From Malacoraja senta (taxonomy: Eukaryota): a stretch of DNA of 64,000 nt. The position numbers and the translations under genes were made by a program. Where the stretch lies: positions 7,628,001 to 7,692,000 of the forward strand of contig CM075990.1 of the NCBI GenBank assembly GCA_038087875.1, read 5' to 3'. A model generated the notes under the pieces. That model was given only the letters and a program-made list of their open reading frames with translations, was not told the origin of the DNA and did not search any database. Shown here in pieces: positions 27,101 to 40,605 of the stretch. Position 1 is the first letter of the stretch; every line of letters starts with the position of its first letter.

Positions 27101-27326
27101 CACTTATTCTCTGTTTATTATCTTTTTCTTCTTTCTCCCCTACATTTTGGGTCCGAGTGCTTCCCTTCTCTGCCTCCTGCCTCCCACATTTTCTACTAGC
27201 TTTCTCTATTTGAGTCCCTCCCCCCAACCGTTCTAGTTTAAAGTCTCCCCAGTAGCCTTTGCAAATCTTCCCGCCAGGATATTGGTCCCCCTCGTATTCA
27301 AGTGCAACCCGTCCTTTCTGTACAAG
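24164..27326 (-). mobile_element. CR1-clade LINE: complete but disrupted ORF2, ORF1 C-terminus and 3' UTR
   Basis: ORF pieces 26163-27227, 25623-26060, 24732-25583 (KYADDTK) and 24285-24671. 27233-27325 encodes LYRKDGLHLNTRGTNILAGRF, the SGNH-esterase DGLH motif of CR1 ORF1. Inserted into an HE1-type SINE (halves at 24065-24163 and 27327-27500) with a taa duplication. Confidence 0.96.
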
Positions 27327-28256
27327 TAATCTACAAGCCTACACGACTATGGTATTGGAGGAAACTGGAGCACCTGGAGAAAACCCATGCAGTCACAGGG
27401 GAGAACGTACGGACACCGTACAGACAGCACTTGTAGTCGTAGGATCGAAGCTGGGTCTCTGGTGCTGTGAGGCAGCAACTCTACCGCTGCTCCACCCTGA
27501 TATCATATCTTGTATGATCGCAAGCTCAAGTTTGCATTCCCCATTAACTGGTTACCACCTTGCTGGTTAAATATCTGTCTACCTCCCCTGAAAAATTCTT
27601 CCAACTCTCTGCTTCCACCGCGCTGGAGGGTGAAAGTTCCCCAACCTCTCTCCACCCCTCCCGGGGAGAAACTGCTGCATCTTTCTTTCAAACAGTGATG
27701 TTTAGTTTCCTCTCCACATCTAACCTGCCAACACCCCAGGGGAACATGTGTACTTTAAATTGGCCGCCTTTCGTTCTTCTGAACCACAGCAGATATGGAT
27801 CCAGCATGGCCATAAGACAATGTACCCGTTCTACTTGCCAGTCTTTGCTGTGTTGCTAACATCTTTCCTGATATAAGGAGACCAGCTCTATATATAGTAC
27901 TCCAGATGTGGTCTCACAATATCTTTTATATCTTTTATATTAGTGCAACCTACTTTTGTATTCAATTCCCTTTGCAATAAATGAAAATATTCAGTTAGCT
28001 TTCCTAATCGCATGTATTACCCACATGCTGGTATTATGTGCGTCATACACCAGGATATCCAGATCCTACTCCATCTCAAAGCTCTGCAATCTCTCATCAC
28101 TTAGGCTTCCTGCTGCCTTTATGTTTTCCCAGACAGTATGAGCCCGTTCATATTGTCCCGCATAGTACTCGATTTGTCAGATCTTTGCACATTGAGGGTT
28201 TTTATGCTCTCTTCTCAACTTATTTTCCAACCCACCTTTGCGTTATCGGCAAATTA

Positions 28257-28586
28257 AGGCCCTGTCCCACTTTCCCGAGTTACTCACAAACTCTCCCGAG
28301 TTTTCCCCTTGATTCGAACTCGGGGAATTACGGTAATAGCCGTTCGTAGGTACTCGGGGCTATTTTTGTAACTCGTGGACATTTTTTCAACATGTTGAAA
28401 AAACGTCCCGACTTACCTGATGCCCTGAGTTCCTACGGCTGGCATTACGAGCCGCTACGAAACATCTACGGACTCCTACGGGCTCCTACAGACTCGTTAC
28501 CGACATTACCCGACATTCCCCGAGTTCGAATCAAGGGGAAAACTCAGGAGAGTTCGTGAGTAACTCGGGAAAGTGGGACAGGGCCT
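28257..28586. mobile_element. Harbinger-like MITE, subfamily A
   Basis: TIR aggccctgtcccactttcccgagttactcac; exact TTA duplication; interrupts an old CR1. Confidence 0.85.
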
Positions 28587-29220
28587 TTAGCAACCTTCCC
28601 TTCAGTTTTTAGTTTCAGTTTAGAGACACAGTGTCCACGGAGTCCACGCCAACCAGCGATCCCCAAAACACTTGCACTATCCAACATACTTGGGACTATT
28701 TACAGTTTTACCGAATTCTACAAACCTGTACATCTTTGGAATGTGGGGGGAAACCGGTGCACCCAAGAAATGCCCACGCAGTCACAGGGAGAACATACAA
28801 ACTCAGTACATACAGCACCCGTCATTAGGATCGAACCGGGTTTCTGGCATTGAAAGGCAGCAAATTTATCACTGCGCCATCGTGTCGCCCTTTGGTGCCT
28901 TCATCCGAGTCATAAGATCATGTGATACGAGTAGAATTAGGCCATTCGGCCCATCGAGTCTACTTTGTCATTCAATCGTGGCTGATCTAATTCTCCCCCC
29001 CAACCTCATTCTCCTGCCATCTCTCCCCATAACCTCTGACATCCGCACTAATCAAGAATCTATCTATCCCTGCCTTAAATATATCCACTGCCGGCCTCCA
29101 CAGCCTTCTGTGGCAAAGAAATCCACAGATTCACCACCCTCTGACTAAAGAAATTCCTCCTCATCTCCTTTATAAAAGAATATCCTATAATTCTGAGGCG
29201 ATGACCTCTAGTCCTAGACT

Positions 29221-29420
29221 NNNNNNNNNNNNNNNNNNNNNNNNNNNNNNNNNNNNNNNNNNNNNNNNNNNNNNNNNNNNNNNNNNNNNNNNNNNNNNNN
29301 NNNNNNNNNNNNNNNNNNNNNNNNNNNNNNNNNNNNNNNNNNNNNNNNNNNNNNNNNNNNNNNNNNNNNNNNNNNNNNNNNNNNNNNNNNNNNNNNNNNN
29401 NNNNNNNNNNNNNNNNNNNN
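29221..29420. other. Assembly gap (200 N)
   Basis: Run of N. Contiguity and orientation across it are not guaranteed. Confidence 1.
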
Positions 29421-30049
29421 AGATCAAATGCTATTGAGTTATCATGTTAACATGTAGCCAAAACCTAGTGACGAACGTTTATTTTTGTGTGGTATCACAG
29501 GCACATTATGCCATACAATTAGCACAATGGGTTGCAAAGGAGAGAATTAACAAGAGAGCTGAAGGTTGTGTTGCAGCTACAGAGAAAGTGCAAGACTGCA
29601 ACAAAGTAGATTGGAAGATTGTAATTTGCGCTTGGCATATGAGAGATTCGTACAGAGTTTACTCAGGGTGTTCTTGAATCTGGAGCTTTGTGTTTGCATG
29701 CTTTTGTACTTTCTGCTCAAGGGGAGAGGGGGGGAAGGAGAGAGTGACCAGGGTATGAGAGGGTCCTTCATTGTGAGGGCTGCTGTCCTGAGGCAGTGTG
29801 AAGTGTAAGATGGAGTCGGTGGGTTGGAGGCTGGTTTCTGTGCCGGAACGGGCTGCCTTCACAATTCTCTGCAATTTCTTGCAGACTTGAGCAAAACTGT
29901 TGCCAAACGGAGTTGTGATGCATCTGGGTAGTGTCACAGAGACATACAGGCCCTTCGACCCATCTTGTCACTGCCAAACATAATCCCATTTGCCCACATT
30001 TGGCCTAAATCCTTTAAACTTCTCCTTTCCATGTACCTGTCCAAATGTC

Positions 30050-31360
30050 TTTTAAATACTCTTTTACTCTTCTTTAGTCAGAGGGTGGTTAATCTGTGGA
30101 ATTCTTCGCTACAGTAGGTTGTGGGAGGCCGTTAATGGATATTTGGAGGCAGAGATAGATAGATTAATGATTAGTACGGGTGTCAGGGAACGGGGATAGG
30201 AGGGAGAGATAAATCAGCCATGGTTGAATGGTAAAGACGATGGGCCGAATGGCCTAATTATGCTCCTATCACACGACCATATGACCTATAATACTTGCCT
30301 TAACCACCTGCTTTGACAGCTCGGTTCTATATATTCATCACCCTCTGTGTGAAAAAGTTGCCCTCAGATTCTTTGTAAATCTTTCCTCTTTAACCTTAAA
30401 ACAAATGTCCTCTGGTTCTTGATTCCTTTATCCTAGGTAACAGATTGCGAGCATTCAACCTTTCTTTTGCCCTTTATACAACTCTATAAGATCACACATC
30501 AGCTTCCTGCGCTCTAGCCTGCCCAAACACTCCCTATAGCTCGGGCTCTTGATTCCCTGGCAACATCCTCGTAAAACAACCCTGTATTCCTTCCAGCTTA
30601 ATGGCATCCTTCCTGCAGCAGGGTGCCCAAAACTGAACACAATACTTCAAATGCGGCCTCACCAATAGTCATGGTCATATAGCACAGAAACAGGCCCAAC
30701 TTGCCCATGCCAACCAAGATTCCCCATCAATAGAGAATAGACAATAGGTGGCCATTCGGCCCTTCGAGCCAGCACCGCCATTCAATGTGATCATGGCTGA
30801 TCATCTCCAATCAGTAACCCTTTCCTGCCTTCTCCCATATCCCCTATCTTTAAGAGCCCTATCTAGCTCTCTCTTGAAATTATCCAGAGAACCAGCCTCC
30901 ACCGCCTTCTGAGGCAGAAAATTCCATAGGCTCCCAACTCTCTGTGAGAAAAAGTGTTTCCTCGTCTCCGTTCTAAATGGCTCACTCCTTAATCTTAAAC
31001 TGTGACCGCTGGTTCTGGACTCCCCCAACATCGGAAACATGTTTCCTGCCTCTAGTGTGTCCAAACCCTTAATAATCTTATATGTTTCAAATAAGATCCC
31101 CTCTCATCCTTCTAAACTCCAGAGTATACAAGCCCAGCTGCTCCATTCTCTCAGCATATGACAGTCCCGCCATCCCGGGAATTAACCTTGTGAACCTACG
31201 TTGCACTCCCTCAAAAGCAAGAATGTCCTTCCTCAAATTAGGGGACCAAAACTGCACACAATACTCCAGGTGTGATCTCACTAGGGCCCTATACAACTGC
31301 ATGAAGGACCTCTTTGCTCCTATACTCAACTCTTCTTGTTATAAAGGCCAACATGCCTTC
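30050..31360 (-). mobile_element. Cluster of CR1 3' fragments, mostly minus strand
   Basis: ORFs 30801-31064 and 31087-31329 (LEYCVQFWSP, RRMRGDLI). Further short CR1 3' ends lie at about 2890-3190, 3775-4065, 17750-18030, 28920-29220, 31850-32195, 33105-33445, 38340-38700, 44400-45265, 48390-48990, 49385-49872 and 55810-56270. Confidence 0.85.
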
Positions 31361-32329
31361 AACACTAGTACAATCCATCACTTTTCCTCCTCAGAGAAGT
31401 ATGTTGTTTTTTTTGTTTCACTAATTCCTTCTGTTAAGCTGCATTTCTATTTTACTTATTTTGCCTCCATTTGGCTGGATGGGACCCTGTGACATTTTGG
31501 TAATTCCGTCAGCATTCCCATTTTTCTTCATTTAAGCCCAGTGCATGGTTACATCAACATTTACAGATTGGAAAGTCCTTCTAGGATTCCTACAAATCCT
31601 CTGACAAAGGTTACAATGAATAATTGGGGATTACATTGAACACTTACCCAAACTACGAATGCAATCGCTCACGCATCTAAGGTTAATAAAAGCCTTCTTT
31701 ACATCCATACTTGAGATGCCCCTTTTAGGGATTTGTTTACCTGCACTCCTAGACCCCTCTGCTTGACAACACTCCCCAGGGCCCTACCATTCATTTGTGT
31801 CTTGCCCTGGTTGATTTCTCAAAATGCAACATCTCGCACTTATCCGCATTGGTCTGGATAGAGTTAATGTGGAGACGATGTTTCCACCGGTGGGAGAGTC
31901 TGGGACCAGAGGCCTTAGACTCAGAATATAAGGACGTACCTTTAGAAAGGAGATGAGAAGAAATGTCTTTAGTCAGAGGGTGGTGAACCTGTGGAATTCA
32001 TTGCACAAGAAGGCTGTGGAGGCCAAGTCAATGGATTGATTTTAAGGCGGAGATTGACAGATTCTTGATTAGTAACTGTGTTTGGGGTTATAGGAAGAAG
32101 GCAGGTGAATGGGGTTGAGAGGGAAAGATAGATCAGCCATGATTGAATGGCGGAGTAGACTTGATGGGCTGAATGGCCTAATTCTGCTCCTAGCACTAAT
32201 TAACTTATGCATTAACCTCCATTAATCATTGCTCAGCCCACTTGCCTCGCTGATCAAACTCTTGCTGTAATGTTTGATAACCTTCTTCACAGCATTCAAA
32301 ACCACCTACTTTAGTGTAATAGGACATTT

Positions 32330-33090
32330 TCTATTGTGCTTCTGCAGGAATTGGTAAGAAGCATTGGGGACATGCCAAATGTCCGTAGTATTATCAGGAA
32401 GTTGAGGCAATGACTGCCATCTTGGTCATAGCATTAATATGGTTGGCCCATGGCAAATTGTTGGTGATATTTAAGCCTCGGAACTTGAAGCTTCCAACCA
32501 TCTCCACTTCAGCACCTTGGATACTGGGGCGAGTACTCCACCCATCTTCCTAATGTCGATGACCTGCTCTTTCTCATAGCTGACACAGGAGGGAGGGTTT
32601 GTCACCATGCTACCAAGCTCTCCATAGCCTTGCGCTGTCCCTCGCTGGCCCACTGTGAGGGTGCCATTTGTAAACCTGTAAATGGTGTTAGAGCAGAATT
32701 CAGCTGCACGGTCGTGAGTGTGCAAGGGGTATAATAAAGAGATGAAGATGCATCCTTCGAGGGCACTGAGAATTATCAAGGAAGGTGTTTTATTGCCTAT
32801 CCTTACAGATTGCATTCTTTGGGTCAGGAAGTCGAATTCAGTGGGAGAAGGGGAGCTGAGTCCTGGATTCAGGTGCTCGGAGATGTTTTGTTGGAACAAT
32901 GGTGTTGACAGCAGAGCGATAGTCAGTAAACTGGAGTCTAACTTAGGTGTCCTTGTTATCTAGATGACTGTAGGGCCAAGGAGGTCATGTCTGCTATGGA
33001 CCTATTACCATGGTAGGCAAATTGCAGTGGATGAAGGCTCTCTGGGAGGCTGGATAGATGTGAGCCATGACCAGCCTTTCAAAGCACTAC
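32330..33090 (-). mobile_element. Degraded Rex1/Babar-like LINE RT fragment
   Basis: ORF 32471-32899 contains DFLTQRMQSVRIGNK...LLYPLHTHD...NTIYRF. Related 3' fragments (ILSGCIAAWFGNSS, KKLQRIV, RFRGSFFPAVI) lie at about 1-260, 11300-11810, 11995-12400, 29660-29930, 54950-55210 and 61470-61650. Confidence 0.65.
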
Positions 33091-34007
33091 CTGACGTGGA
33101 GTACTATGTGGAGAGGATGTTTCCACGAGTGGGAGAGTCTAGGACGAGAGGTCGTAGACTCAGAATTAAAGGACATTCTTTTAGGAAGGAGATGAGAAGG
33201 AATTTCTTTAGTCAGAGGATGGTGAATCTGTGGAATTCTTTGTCACAGAAGGCTGTGGAGGCCGTCAGTGGATATTGTTAAGGCAGAGATAGATAGATTC
33301 TTGATTAATACGGGTGTCAGAGGTTATGGGGAGAAGGCAGGAGAATGGGGTTAGGAGGGAGAGATCGATCAGCCATGATTGAATGACAGAGTAGACATGA
33401 TGGGCCGAATGGCCTAATTCTACACCGATCACCAATGATCTTATGATGATGGTGGATATCAGATGGTCATCATTAAGGCACGTTACCTTATTGCATCTTT
33501 GGCACTGGGATGAAGGTGGTCTTCTTAAGGCAGTTGGGAAGCTCAGATTGGAATAGGGAGAGGTTAAAGGTGGAATTTTGGTGGTCAGTAGACTGCAGTT
33601 CCTGTTTCCGTGCTGTATCGCACAATGAATATATGTAAACGGAAAATGGACCAGCTAATGAAAAGTCGTTGTGCCTGGTTTTCCCTCTGCAGATACGGTG
33701 TGGGTCGCTGAGTATTTCTGCATTTTTCTGTTTCTGTGAGTGGTGTTGGCTTTGGGATGGATATTGCTGGAGAGGTGAGCAGGTAGTTCTGCTGCATTCC
33801 TGGTATAAAAGAAGCGTAAATATTTGATGAGACTTTCATTTAACATGAACACAACAGTTAAGTGGGGGTCGAGTGAAACAAGAATTCATATGATATGCAT
33901 CGTAGCATCTTCTTTTCATGCCCACCAACCAAGGCCCCTTCTGTCAACTGTAGAATTCTGTTGTTTTACTCCCCGAAGGTTCAGCAGCTGGAGCACCCAG
34001 AGCTGCT

Positions 34008-34880
34008 GTGTACACACTGCCGTGTACAAACTCACACAGTGTACACACTGCCGTGTACACACTCACACAGTGTACACACTACCGTGTACAAACTCACACA
34101 GTGTACACACTGCCGTGTACAAACTCACACAGTGTACACACTCACACAGTGTACACACTGCCGTGTACACACTCACACAGTGTACACACTACCGTGTACA
34201 AACTCACACAGTGTACACACTGCCGTGTACAAACTCACACAGTGTACACACTCCTGTATGCACACTCACACAGTGTACACACTGCCATGTACACACTCAC
34301 ACAGTGTACACACTGCCGTGTACAAACTCACACAGTGTACACACTCCTGTATGCACACTCACACAGTGTACACACTGCCATGTACACACTCACACAGTAT
34401 CCATACTCCTGTGTACACACTCACATAGTGTACACACTCCTGTGTACACAAACCTGTATACATACTCACACAGTGTACACACTCCTGTATGCATACTCAC
34501 ATAGTATACACACTCACATGTACACACTCACACAGTGTACACACTCCTGTGTATTCACTACCACCCTGGTGTACACAGTCCTACCGTATGCACACCTGTA
34601 TACACATTCCTGTGTACACATTCACATAGTGTACACACTCCTTTGTACACACTCTCACAGTGTACACATTTGTGCAGTATACACACTCCCGCAGTGCACA
34701 CACTCCCACAGTGTACACACTCCCACAGTGCACACATTCCCACAATGTACACACTCCTGTGTACATGTTCCCATAGTGTACACACTCCCATTGAGTACAC
34801 TTTCCCACAGTGTACATGTTCCCACAGTGTACACACTCCCACGGTGTACACACTCCCACTGAGTACACTTTCCCACAGTG
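34008..34880. repeat. 31-bp minisatellite built on the GTGTACAC palindrome, decaying rightwards
   Basis: Unit gtgtacacactgcc + gtgtacaaactcacaca (14 + 17 bp). Confidence 0.92.
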
Positions 34881-37800
34881 ACTAGGGAAAAGTGCATTAA
34901 GATGATCTGAGTTTGGCAGCAGAATGGAAAGAAAAGTAGAGCAATAGATTATTGTAAAAGGATTAAGAAGTGACTAAATCAGAGATGGCAAGTGCCCTGG
35001 TCACTAATTGATTGTATAACATACAACACTTTAAAAAGAGTCAGCAAAACTGTGAACTGATAGATTCTCCTGGGAATATATGTGGAGCCAGTGAGAAGCA
35101 GATTAGAATATAACTGTGCATTATTTAGCATTTTCTGAAAGATTGAACATTAGTTGGTAAATACAAATGATGGAATGATTTTGACAGCCTTAAAAGTCGC
35201 CTCGAGAGACTATGTCAATCTAATAGTGTTTAGTTTAGTTTTGAGATACAACGCGGAAACAGGCCCTTCGACCCACTGAGTCCGCGCTGACCAGCGATCC
35301 CCGCACATTAACACTATCCCACACACTAGGGACAATTTACAATTTTACCGAAGCCAATTAACCTACAAACCTGTACATCTTTGGAGTGTGCGAGGAAACC
35401 AGAGATCCCTTAGAAAACACACGCAGGTCACGGGGAGAACGTTCAAACTCCGTACAGACAGTACCCGTAGTCAGGATCGAACCGACGCTGTAAGGCAGCA
35501 ACTCTACCGCTGCGCCACAGTGCCGCCCATGGCTTGGACATTGCAAACCCAGCTTGAGGATTCAGTGCCACAGGGAACTGCAGGTGCAAAACATAAAGCG
35601 CTGGAGGAACTCAGCGGCTCAGGCACCAACTGTGGAGGGAATGGACAGGCGATTCTAGCTGCAGGAAAAATCTGACCATGTAGCCCCTCTATCTGTGGAG
35701 ATGCGGTCTCTTTAACCATCCTCAGATCAGCAAAAGAAAAATTACCTCTTTCAGACTATGCCGCCAGTGTCTCAGAATCAATTGAATGCCAGCTCTCCCA
35801 AGCCCAATCGCAGCATTTAAGGAGACTCAAGAGACTGCAGATGCTGGAATCTGCAGCAACATACAATCTGCTGGAGGAACTCAGCGGGTCGAGCAGCATC
35901 TGTGAAAGGAAAGGAATGGTTGAAACTCACGGCCCAGCCTGAAGCTAGGTCTTGGCCTGAAACATCAATTATTCCTTTACCCACTAAGTTTCCCCAGCAG
36001 ATTGGCCCGCAGCAAAATTTAAGTATGTTTCATAGGATATGGATGTTATGGGCAAGAGTACATAGTTTAGACACAAAAAGCTGGAGTAACTCAGCAGGTC
36101 AGGCAGCATCTCTGGAGAAACAGAATAGGTGAAGCACCTTCACTGTAACACTCAGACTAAAGAAGGGGTCTGAAGAATATATGTGTGTGTGTATGTATGC
36201 ATGTATATCATATGTGCGTATATGTACTTTTTTTTCTTGTTTATTTTATTGCTGCAGTGTACTATGTTTACATATTCTGTTGTGCTGCCGCAAGTAAGAA
36301 TGTCATTGTTCTATCTGGGACATACGACAATAGAACACTCTTGGCACTTGAAGAAGGGTCTCGACCCAAAACGTCACCTATCCCTTCTCTCCAGAGATGC
36401 TGCCTGACCCACTGAGTTACTGCAGCTTTTTGTGTCTATCTTCGGTTTAAACCAGCATCTGCATTTCCTTCCTACACATTCCGTCAACAGTTTAGAGGTT
36501 AACTTAGTTGAGCGATGCAACACGGAAACAGGCCCTCCATCCCACCGAGTGTACGCCGACCTTCGATCACCCGCTCACACTAGTTCTATGTAATTCTACT
36601 TTGGCATCCACTCCCGACACACTAGCGGCAATTTACAGAGGACGATTAGCTCTTAGGGCTAAGGGAATCAAGGGATATGGGGAAAAAGCCGGAACGGGAT
36701 ACTGATTTAGGAAGATCAGCCATGATCATATTATAATAATAATAATAATCATTTTATTTACTGGCGCCTTTCTAAAACCCAAGGACACCTTACAATGCAT
36801 AGAATCACAACAAAACAGAAAACACATAATCGGAATAAATTAAATAAGAAAACACCACAGTACACAAATCAAGGACAGAATTCAAATTTCAAAAGCACCA
36901 AAAGAAAATAAGAAACACAATTTGAGATGGCGGTGCGGGCTCGAAGGGCAGAATGGCCTACTCCTGCATCTATTTTCTATGTTTCTATGTTTCTTTGGAT
37001 GTGGGAGGAAACCGTGGCACCCAGAGGAAACCCACACAGTCACGCTGAGAAGGTGCAAACTCCACACAGACAGCACCAGAGGTCAGAATCAAACCCTGGT
37101 CTCTGGCGCCGTGACGCAGCAGCGTTACCAGCTGTGCCCCTGCGCCAACATTAGTGTTGGCATCTTTGTAGATGATGAATTATATGGGTTTAATGGATAC
37201 TATTCCTCAAACCAGGTTTTTTGCGTGAAATTCCTTGCTCTCTATCTGATTTAAAACTCCTCTGCTGCCATGACGGGATTTGTACTTGTGTCGCTCAATC
37301 AATGGCCCAGTGCTCTGGATTCCAGCCTAGTAACTCAACCACTGCACCACTAATGTTGTGAGACGTCCAGAGATGATTCACCTTTGTTTTTCAAGCAAAA
37401 TCAGACGTCAAATGAGATTGAAAAAGGTGATATAAAGGATCATCAGTTTCAACAGGGGAAAGAAAGAGGTGGTGTTGGTGGTTCAGGTTTAGTTCCGTTT
37501 AGTTTAGAGATACAGCGAATAAACAGGCCCTTCGGCCAACTCAGTCCGCGCCGATCAACCATCCCCCCCCCCGCACACTCACACGATCCTACACACACGT
37601 GTGGGAGGAAACCGGAGCACCCGGAGAAAACCCACACAGGTCACGGGGAGAATGTACAAACTCCGTACAGACATCTTTGTAGATGATGGCCGTTGTCAGG
37701 ACCCGTAGTCAGGATCAAACCCAGGTCTCTGGCGCTGTAAGGTAGAAACTCTACCTCTGAGTCACCGTGCCACCCGGGTCAGGAACTAATGTCCTTGTCA

Positions 37801-39089
37801 GCTGAAGGCATCAATGGAGGAGAAATGTAGACACAAGGAACTGCAGATGCTGGACACAAAAGTGCTGGAATAGCTCAGGTGTGTCAGGCAGCAACTCTGG
37901 AGGACATGGACGGGTAATGTTTTGGGTCAGGACTTTCTGGAGGAGGAATCGGGGAATGCTTTGCAAACTGGGAGTTGCAGAGGTCTAATGGATTTGGGGT
38001 CCAGAGAAGATTAAGGAGAAGTAAGGGTGAGAGATTTAGATGCAAGAGTATCTGTTGTATAATTAAGGTTGGCTTATCCAGGATCCAGCGTTAAACACTG
38101 AGCTTGGGTACGGCTACGGTATGATCATGGACAGGCAGAGCTTCAATGGTCAGTAGTTTACAGAGAGAGCAATGAAGGAGGGTGGTGGGCAGTGTGTTGG
38201 ATTAGTTGCCTGGGCTTAACAAAGGCAGGAGATTAGAGAGGAGCAGCAAATGATCTGGGGCCTAGGCTGGATTTGGACGGTGTTACTGATGTAGAAGCTG
38301 ATGACGTTAGGCATCTGCTGGGAGGGCTGGATAATGTGTGATAGACTTGGATAGACTGGATGTGGAGAGGATATTCCCACTAGTGGGAGAGTCTAGGACT
38401 AGAGGTCATAGCCTCAACATTGAAGGACATTCTTTGAGGATGGAGATGAGGAGAAATTTCTTCAGTCAGGGGTTGGTGAATCTGTGGAATTCTTTGCCGC
38501 AGAAGGCTGTGGAGGCCAAGTCAGTGGATAGTTTTAAGGCAGAGATTGATAGATTCTTGATTAGTACAGGTGTCAGAGGTTATGGGGAGAAGGCAGGAGA
38601 ATGGGGTTTGGAGGGAGAGATAGATCAACCATGATTAAATGGCATAGACTTGATGGGCCGAATGGCCTAATTCTGCTCCTGTCACTTATGACCTTCTGAC
38701 ATCAAGGCTATGAACTGGCACTCCAGGCAATTGACAAGGTCAGGAGAAGACTGAGTGAGATCGAAGACAACAGCTTCAGTCTTTTGAATACTTGGTGGAG
38801 AATGTTTCTTCTCATCCACCACTGGCAGGCATTTTGACAATTCACAGACAGTGACGGGGTCATGAGGCAGTGGCGATTCAGGTCAAAAGTCATCAGAAAC
38901 ATGTGCAGAAACTGACAATGTTTTTACGTGATGATGTTGATGGAAAATCGTAAGTGTACAGGGTCGATCTTGACTCCCCACAGCAGTGGGAAGAAGGGTG
39001 GGATGGGATGTTGGGGAAATGGTCAACACATGCATGGATACATAGAGAATGGGGCAGTGTGCACAGAGTGGAAGTGAGCCCAAACGTAA

Positions 39090-40605
39090 ATATTACAGTG
39101 AGGGGTGTATCAGTGTTAGAGTGTTACATTGTGGGGTGTATCAGTGCTAAGTCCCTGTCCCACTTTCCCGAGTTACTCACGAATCCTCCCGAGTTTTCCC
39201 CTTGATTCAAACTCGGGGAATGTCCGTAGGAGTCCGTAGATATTTCATAGTGGCTCGTAATGTCAGCCGTAGGTACTCGGGGCATCAGGTAAGTCGGGAC
39301 ATTTTTTCAGCGTGTTGAAAAATGTCCACGAGTAAAAAAAATAGCCCCATGTACCTACGGCTGGCTATTACGGTAATTCTCCGAGTTTGAATCAAGGGAA
39401 AAACTCGGGAGAATTCGTGAGTAACTCGGGAAAGTGGGACAGGGGCTTAACAGTGTGGGATGTATCAATGTTACAGTGAGAGGTGTATCAGTATTACAGT
39501 GTGGGGTGTATTAATATTACAGTGTGGGGTGTATCAGTGTTACAGTGAGGGGTGTATCAGTGTTACAGTGTGGGGTGTGTCAGTGTTACAGTGGGGGGTG
39601 TATCAGTATTACAGTGTGGGGTGTATCAGTATTACAGTGTGGGGTGTATCAGTATTACAGTGTGGGGTGTATCAGTATTACAGTGTGGGGTGTATCAGTG
39701 TTACAGTGTGGGGTGTACCAGTGTTACAGTGAGGGGTGTATCAGTGTTACAGTGTGGGGTGTACCAGTGTTACAGTGAGGGGTGTATCAGTATTACAGTG
39801 TGGGGTGTATCAGTGTTACAGTGTGGGGTGTATCAGTATTACAGTGAGGGGTGTACCAGTGTTACAGTGAGGGGTGTATCAGTGTTACAGTGTGGGGTGT
39901 ACCAGTGTTACAGTGAGGGGTGTATCAGTATTACAGTGTGGGGTGTATCAGTGTTACAGTGTGGGGTGTGTCAATGTTACAGTGAGGGGTGTATCAGTAT
40001 TACAGTGTGGGGTGTACCAGTGTTACAGTGAGGGGTGTATCAGTATTACAGTGTGGGGTGTATCAGTATTACAGTGGGGGTGTATCAGTATTACAGTGTG
40101 GGGTGTACCAGTGTTACAGTGAGGGTGTATCAGTATTACAGTGTGGGGTGTATCAGTGTTACAGTGTGGGGTGTATCAGTATTACAGTGGGGGTGTATCA
40201 GTATTACAGTGTGGGGTGTATCAGTATTACAGTGTGGGGTGTGTCACTGTTACAGTGTGGGGTGTACCAGTGTTACAGTGAGGGGTGTATCAGTGTTACA
40301 GTGTGGGGTGTATCAGTGTTACAGTGTGGGGTGTATCAGTATTACAGTGAGGGGTGTACCAGTGTTACAGTGTGGGGTGTATCAGTATTACAGTGTGGGG
40401 TGTACCAGTGTTACAGTGAGGGTGTATCAGTGTTACAGTGTGGGGTGTATCAGTGTTACAGTGTGGGGTGTATCAGTGTTACAGTGTGGGGTGTATCAGT
40501 ATTACAGTGGGGGTGTATCAGTATTACAGTGTGGGGTGTATCAGTATTACAGTGTGGGGTGTACCAGTGTTACAGTGAGGGGTGTATCAGCATTACAGTG
40601 CGTGG
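39090..40605. repeat. 23-bp minisatellite
   Basis: Unit gtatcagt(g/a)ttacagtg(t/a)ggggt, about 50 copies; the first units are separated from the rest by a MITE. Confidence 0.95.
39150..39447. mobile_element. Harbinger-like MITE, subfamily A, inserted into the 23-bp minisatellite
   Basis: TIRs ccctgtcccactttcccgagttactcacgaat; satellite units on both sides. Confidence 0.85.

Noticed and set aside
24164..27326. Active autonomous LINE or domesticated RT gene
   Set aside because: 5'-truncated within ORF1, and ORF2 has frameshifts and two stops.
33824..34897. Long His/Thr/Cys-rich ORFs
   Set aside because: Translations of the 31-bp minisatellite, open in several frames on both strands.
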